Assembly (NCBI GenBank): GCA_010093605.1 | Contig: MU004198.1 | Coordinates: 250,726 to 314,725, forward strand | Source of the DNA: Lophium mytilinum | Lineage: Eukaryota | Reading direction: 5' to 3' | Length of the DNA: 64,000 nucleotides | Part shown: one piece after another, positions 57,853 through 64,000 of the stretch | Position numbering within the stretch: the stretch's first letter is position 1 | Layout: every line of letters begins with the position of its first letter | The notes under the pieces: generated by a model | Seen by the model: the letters and a program-made list of their open reading frames with translations, nothing else | Database searches by the model: none | Told to the model about the DNA's origin: nothing | Program-made: the position numbers and the translations under genes

Positions 57853-59892
57853 ATGTCTGCAGCTCTACAACACCAAGCCTCGTACTACGAGTCCATTGCT
57901 TTTGCCGGCATTGGTGATGGTATTTCCGAGACTCTAGGCTTCGACGACTATGCCCCGTTCTACGAGAATGATCTCAGCATTCCCAGTTCGGATCCTAGTA
58001 ACGAGTGGGACTGGGTAATATGACTACTCTCTTGATGACCAGACGGTACGCTGACTGCAGCTAGGCTTCGTCTCTCGAAACGCAAGAGCCTATTGATCAG
58101 GATATTTGGGCTCGTTGGCCTCAGATTTCTGCTGTGGCTCTGAAGGACTTGGCACTCGATATGCAGCCCGCAGAGCTTCCAGCCTCAGCAATTCCTCCCA
58201 ATCATGAACGGCTAGATGTTCGTGACGACGACACGATGGAAACTGTCAACAATGCCGGGCCTGAGGGTAGATCAGGGAACTGGGATACTTTCACTTCGAC
58301 TGATCCTTGGTCGCCTGAAGTAGTGCAAAGCTTGAGCACCAAGCCTCTGCAGCAGGGTTCTGAGCTAGAAAACGCCGCGGGATGTTACTAATCTCGTCAC
58401 TAAATGAAAATGCATGAACCAGAATTTCAAACTGACACACTGTGTTGCAGACAGCAGAAGAAGTACTAAAAGAAGTACCAAACCTGAGCTGTTAAGTGTG
58501 AAGGTTCCAAAACGACATCAACAATACCCACGCTGCAAATTCTCGTTAAAGTCGATTGCTATATTAGAGCGATGGCTCAGAGCACAGATGGATGATCCTT
58601 GACCCTCAGCTGATGACAAAGCAGTCCTTGCAGCACGTGCTGGTCTTCGAGAGAGTCAAGTACATACCTGGTTCACCAATATCCGGAAGCGCCGCTTGAA
58701 CCCTATCGAAGACTGGCTTAACTCTTCGTCGGAAGACGAGGAGGTTGCAGACGCAGCTAGGCGTTTCGCATCTGGGAACGACTCCTTCACCATGTCCTTT
58801 GGGACCGACAGATTCGGAGCCACCAAGAGCCCTTACCCTCGGGCTTCGTCTGCTCGAAACAGCTCAAGCTCAGTCGAAAGTGCCAGATCTGCGTTTTCTC
58901 AATCGAAGGATGCAGTATGGAAAATCTCAAAGAACCGTGGGAGCAAGAAGTACTCAAGGGCAACTCTAAGAAGGCAAGACGAGTCTCAAGACGTAATCCC
59001 TGGACGGTTTCAGTGCACGTTCTGCTCTAAAATTTTGAGCGAGAAAACATGGAAGAGGCATGAGGAGACCCAACATCTTCCGAGATGGAAATGGATATGC
59101 ACTACCAACTTCAAACATTTTACAGGGGTGGTAACATGCGTTATATGTCTAAAGCTGGACCCAGACCATGAACACTGCCGAACAGCCCACCCTGAGTTGG
59201 CCAAGTGCTTCGAAGCATCAGAAGAAGACCGCACATTCTATCGGAAGGATCACCTTGCGCAGCACATCCAGAACGTCCACGGCAGAAAATTGTATGAAGC
59301 ACCTGCTAGTTACTTAAAAGTCGACATAGATGACTCCGAGCAGACCTGGACCTGTGGATTCTGTGGGGAAGAGCTGGTCACCTGGGCTCTTCGGGCACGT
59401 CATATCGCTGCACACTTCAGACAAGGGGTCAACATGACGCAATGGGACTCTAACCGCCAGAAGGACGGATGAACTCATAGCTCTCTTCGACGTTAGGAGA
59501 CACGACATGCATGAGCGCTTTTTGGAGCCTTTTCTTCTTTGTCCAAAGATTGCCCAAGGTCTGCGTGTGACAGCGGATTCCCTAACCACTATCACGTCTT
59601 TGAGCATATCAAACAAGTGCATGACTGGAAGTGCTTGTTCAATGAGCTTCGGAAGCAGCATGTGCTGGAGGGATTCGACCGCGCGTTACCGCCTTTACAT
59701 CCAGGTTCAACTAGATTCCACGTAGCCCGCGGGGATGACTCGAACGTTTCGGCGAGTCGAGATACACCGTCCAAATATGTTAACGTTCATTTAAATAACC
59801 GCCTCTCTGAAACACTTGAGCGCTTCCATTCTCGGAACTCCGACCGCGCAGGCTCGTTATTGGCAAGGTCCAATTTATCACTGGCGCTTTAA
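57853..59892 (+). pseudogene. TALE-homeodomain + C2H2 zinc-finger transcription factor, disrupted
   Basis: The homeodomain ILERWLRAQMDDP*PSADDKAVLAARAGLRESQVHTWFTNIRKR has an in-frame TGA at 58600-58602. Fingers FQCTFC..WKRHEETQH, RKDHLAQHIQNVH and WTCGFCG..HIAAHF follow. A further finger CPRSACDSGF..HIKQVH lies beyond the stops at 59470-59514. Confidence 0.8.
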
Positions 59893-60426
59893 TCTGAGTG
59901 GAGGCGGCGGATAGTCAATTGTTTGAGCACATGAAAGAATACCGAGCGCAGAACCAGAAATCCTTCCATTACCGTTGTATTAGAAAACCCCTCATTTAGC
60001 TCACTAGCGTGCATCAAGAGGGGATTCAAAGCTGGTCCCTGCCTCACCCCGCTCGCTCACACTGTGCAAAGTCTATCAATTAGTCTCATCTCAAAAGTAA
60101 GACATGAAACAACTATAGAAAGGTCTATCTAGCCAATGTGAACAGCTTGTGCGCTCGCTTAACCATTATTCCTTCGCTTGTCACCTTTCGTCGTCAAAGA
60201 CACCTACCCCCTTGTCAAAGATCTAGCTTCCCCGACACCAACATGCCAACGTAGAGTGACACCTAAACACCCACAAGCAAATCTTCCCATATTGCCAAGA
60301 ACGCAATAGAAATCCGGTGAAGCACCTATATTCCTACTTATTAGCCCAATCTCGCCCCATTAACTCCCTAGACCCTCCCGCTCCAATAACAAGCAACCCC
60401 CAAGCCCCCTTCACCACTCCCACACA

Positions 60427-61185
60427 ATGCTCCCACCACCCCTGCTGCGCATCTTCTATGCCCTCTCCCTCGCCGCCGCCCAGCAAGCCACCACCATCCC
60501 CATCTTCGGCCTACCGCACCCCGACGCCCAGCGCCCCTGGCCGCAAACCCTCTACGGCGGCTCCATCCTCGCCCTCGATCCCACCGCCACAACCTACCTC
60601 CTCACCTCCACCTTCGCCTACCCCCCGCAGATCCACACAGGCGTGTCCGGGGCCGCGACAAGCTTCGAGACCAGCACCGTCCCGATCCCGGAAATCGTCA
60701 CGCAGGGCCCGTCGACGTACGCGCACACGACGAACGCGCTGGGGAATATCATGACGTGCTCGCTGTACGGCAGCACGTCGGCGGCGTGCAATATCACACT
60801 GTTTGAGCCGCCGGGGCAGGTGAGTTCGTCGTCGGCGTTTACGTCGACGTGGAAGGTGGGGATGACGGGTGGGGGGATGGGGAATGGGTCGCGGTGGCCG
60901 TATGCGGTGATGGATTTTGAGCCGGTGAGGATTACGGGGGGGTTGGAGATGGTGGGGATTACGGTGACGAGTAGTGTGGCGAGGGTGGTGGTGGTGACGA
61001 GTACGAGTGGAGCGGGAGGGTGTGAGGTGGGCTGGGGGGTGGGAGGGCTGATGGTAGTAGTGGTGGTTGCTGTGGTGTGTTTTACTTTAGAGATTTTGGG
61101 AAAAGTGGTGGAGACTAAAGATGGCCTATGTTTCTTGAGACATCGACGTCTTTTATGCGTTTGGAAAGATACCCAACTTGGATGA
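60427..61185 (+). CDS. Secreted Ser/Thr-rich, probably GPI-anchored or membrane-tethered protein
   Basis: Signal-peptide-like MLPPPLLRIFYALSLAAA, GSI...D.TATTY and TQGPST..C......A.C pattern, V.ITGG motif, and a hydrophobic segment near the C-terminus. Confidence 0.7.
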   Translation: MLPPPLLRIFYALSLAAAQQATTIPIFGLPHPDAQRPWPQTLYGGSILALDPTATTYLLTSTFAYPPQIHTGVSGAATSFETSTVPIPEIVTQGPSTYAHTTNALGNIMTCSLYGSTSAACNITLFEPPGQVSSSSAFTSTWKVGMTGGGMGNGSRWPYAVMDFEPVRITGGLEMVGITVTSSVARVVVVTSTSGAGGCEVGWGVGGLMVVVVVAVVCFTLEILGKVVETKDGLCFLRHRRLLCVWKDTQLG

Positions 61186-61634
61186 TTGAGTATGTCAACA
61201 TGGCCATACGGTGTTGAACAACGCCACCATACCTGGTCTCATTCCCAGTCCGTTCGTTCATAGCCTAGCAAGTCTAGAATACTCCAGCTGCCATCGCGAG
61301 AGAGGGGTTCTTTCTCTCCTTCAGCAAGCCGAGACATTATTTGAGCATCTGTTGCCGACTAGGTAAGTGACTCAGGAGGACGGGGAGTATATCACCTTTT
61401 GAACTCGGTTGGTAGTGTAGATTAGTCGTCGTAGGGCTAACCTAAAAAGGGGCTAAAGAGGAACCAGCGGTCTGACTAAGCAGGCAAATATGACCTCCGT
61501 TCGAAGTCCATTCATACACTGATTTTTTCAATGGCAAGTTCCTTTATCGACATTCAACCCTCAGATACATCATAGAATACGTCGGTTCCCCTAATTTTCA
61601 AGCTTCAAGATTTTTTGCCATCTTAGTTGCCCGA

Positions 61635-63859
61635 ATGGCCCCGCACCTTAAATCAAACGTCAAACTCGAAATATACCTCTCACACTCCCCTGATCATGCC
61701 AATGCATTCCTATCATCCACGTACGATGCAAATGTGGTGAAAGCTCTCGAATTCCCCACGCATCCCGCCCCAAAGGGTACCAAGTTCATCATGCCAGGAT
61801 CACGGCTTCCGCACCTAGATTTCTCAAGCCGATTGTCATCAACGACCACTATAGACACTATTGGTAAGATGCTAGAGAGTGACTACGGCATCCTTCTGAG
61901 TGTCCAATCTCACTTCCGCGACTTTGGACCCTGGTTCCACCAATACGGCGGCTATGTTGTCCTCGACCCCACGTCTACCCTTGTGGATGCTTGGGCTGTG
62001 CAGGAGGACACCGGAAGACTACCGTGGGGCGAAAGATCAAAGTATGGGTTGTATCCCGAGCCTGGAGAAAAGACGCCGGACCTCGTGCGCATTGTGCTGG
62101 TCACGACCGCAGGATTAATAGGTGAGATGGAGGAGCGGCGGGAGGAGAGAGGAGTATTACCATGGATGAAAAGGTGGAGGTATGAAGGCAACTGTGTCAA
62201 GAGTCTCCGCTCAAAAGTGGGTCGGTCTAAGCCTTCTGAGGAGGCTCAATACCAGGGAAAGTTGACGGAGCATGAAACGGAGTGGAAAAATATCGGAGAC
62301 ATGATCTTGAAACGGTTCAGGGAGTGGGAGACATTGATCTTCGAAGCCGGAGAAAGGCATGCCGATGAAGTAGGGCTATCAGAGCTAGAGGCAACTGTCG
62401 AGAGAGCATTCGAGCGCTGGGAGCAGTGGAGACGTGAGAAAGATGGCGAGTCAACCACACTCACTGGTGAGACTCCCCCCGGCGTCAACGTGGAAAACAA
62501 AGGCAAGTATCCTTCCTTGGGGCAAAAGTACCGCCTCTTCAATCATTTGAATGCCTCACAAAGGAACATTGTCATCTCAAAGCCTCTCCGCAACTCGCAA
62601 GGTCTCCTTGATTCTAGATTCTCCAGCTTCACCATCCATTCAGGACTATTACGTTGGGGACAATTGCAAACAGTGGTTGCGGGTTCTACAGCTAAGAAGC
62701 TTACGCGAACCACTGTTTCAAAGCAAGACCCTAAAGCCCGCGGGGGCACGATCATCCAGAGAGAGTACTCGTACCGTGCCGCGGCCAGAAAAGGCGAATG
62801 GAAAGTCCGACAAGCTTTCAGCAACCGCGACAATAGGTCTGGTGGAGGAAGTGGAAGACCGAAAGAACACTTTGGCTGGGTGATGTATCACGAAGATATT
62901 GACCCACTGGAGACCGTTGTTCGATGCAGCAGGCTGAATCCTTCTGAGGGATTCCATGAAGCGCACGTTGACGAGGTAAGCACCGGTACTACAGCGACAG
63001 GCCATAAATCTGGGTACACGGGTTCAGCATTGTTTGGGGTACCCCCACAGGATTTGGAAGATCCAAGGGCAAAATCGAGATTCAAGCAGTACAGATTGGC
63101 TGCTCAGCAGCCAGGCTAGCCCTAACAGTGGTATCAAGCGAGCAAGTCAGAGTCAAGCTGTGATGAGTCCGTGTGCCCAGACTTGTGGCCTAGTACTGTA
63201 GTTTCATGCCCGTCCGAGGCGTACTCTCGCAGGCTTGCTCTAATATATCCCAGACGTCCTTATGCTAACCACTCCTCAGGATATTCTCTACGTAAACCGC
63301 TACGATTGGTCAATGCACTGCCACCCCAACTCGGACAAATCCTGGAAAAGGTTCATTCGTCCAGTCAACCCCAGGTTTAGTCCGAAGAAGGGTGGTGATG
63401 ATGATGATGAATACGACGTTGACGATCTCGAAGAGGATCTAGCTTCAGGGTACATGATAGCCATAGACGCAGATAGCTTCGATCCAGACTTCGCAAGATC
63501 TTTCCTTCAAGACACGACCTCGAGTGGAGAGCGAGTGTTCCTTTACAACGAGGGTAAGATTAGTGATGGAAAGCCGAAAAGGATGAGAAGGGAGCCGTTC
63601 GGGGCCTGGGTTTCGATGCCAGATACCGAGTATGAGTATGGTAAGTCAATGTATTTTTCTTTCGCGCCGATATTCAGTCCAGAGATATAAGCTCTCACTC
63701 CAAGTCCTAACTCGTTATTCTCTAGGCTGGCTCGTCTTTTCCGATCGCACACATCCCGACTTTTCCGACGAACAAGAGCTGGTTGCTATTGTATATGACG
63801 GCTTTGGTGACGGACTAGACGCCTCCGAATTTGCCGTAGAGGCTGACCCGAGCTCCTGA
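61635..63859 (+). CDS. Hypothetical protein (2 probable introns)
   Basis: Long first exon to about 62974, a second exon ILYVNRYDW...DTEYEY and a third exon WLVFSD...ELVAIVYDG. No family recognised. Confidence 0.65.
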
Positions 63860-64000
63860 GTTGTCAATGTGATCCAGGAATTAGGCTGAGGCCTTAAGCC
63901 TGCGATTTGGCACCGCGGGCGGTGTCCCCGTGAGGTCCCAAAAGAATTTAAGCGCAATTTTTGAAGTATTCAAAGCCACGGCACCCACCCGCAACGCCTA

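Noticed and set aside
61197..61445. Faint resemblance to a fungal 5S rRNA 5' end (ACATGGCCATACGGTGTTGAACAAC)
   Set aside because: The similarity stops after about 25 nt, with no correctly spaced internal control region or closing terminal stem.

Overview
Gene-dense, intron-containing genomic DNA from a filamentous ascomycete fungus (GT..AG introns with CTAAC/CTGAC branch points; Zn2Cys6, HET-domain, CHS7 and LaeA-like genes). There are about 28 genes or gene relics. The most notable feature is a compact six-gene catabolic cluster at 31.6-44.4 kb, built as three head-to-head pairs: class II ketose-bisphosphate aldolase / SDR, Zn2Cys6 regulator / DAK-family kinase, and anion-type MFS transporter / second SDR. 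Its promoters share a CGG motif, and it looks like an uncharacterised sugar-acid or polyol degradation pathway. Other highlights are a peroxisomal thioesterase plus acyl-CoA ligase pair at the left edge and a HET / F-box / ubiquitin-like+CorA neighbourhood. Three genes are disrupted (two single-base frameshifts, one nonsense codon in a homeodomain). A tRNA-like Pol III element sits beside a RIP-type relic, a divergent XPG-family nuclease carries UIM/SIM/p97-type motifs, and strong C-rich-to-G-rich compositional waves run through a subset of genes. Exon boundaries were inferred by eye and no database searches were run.
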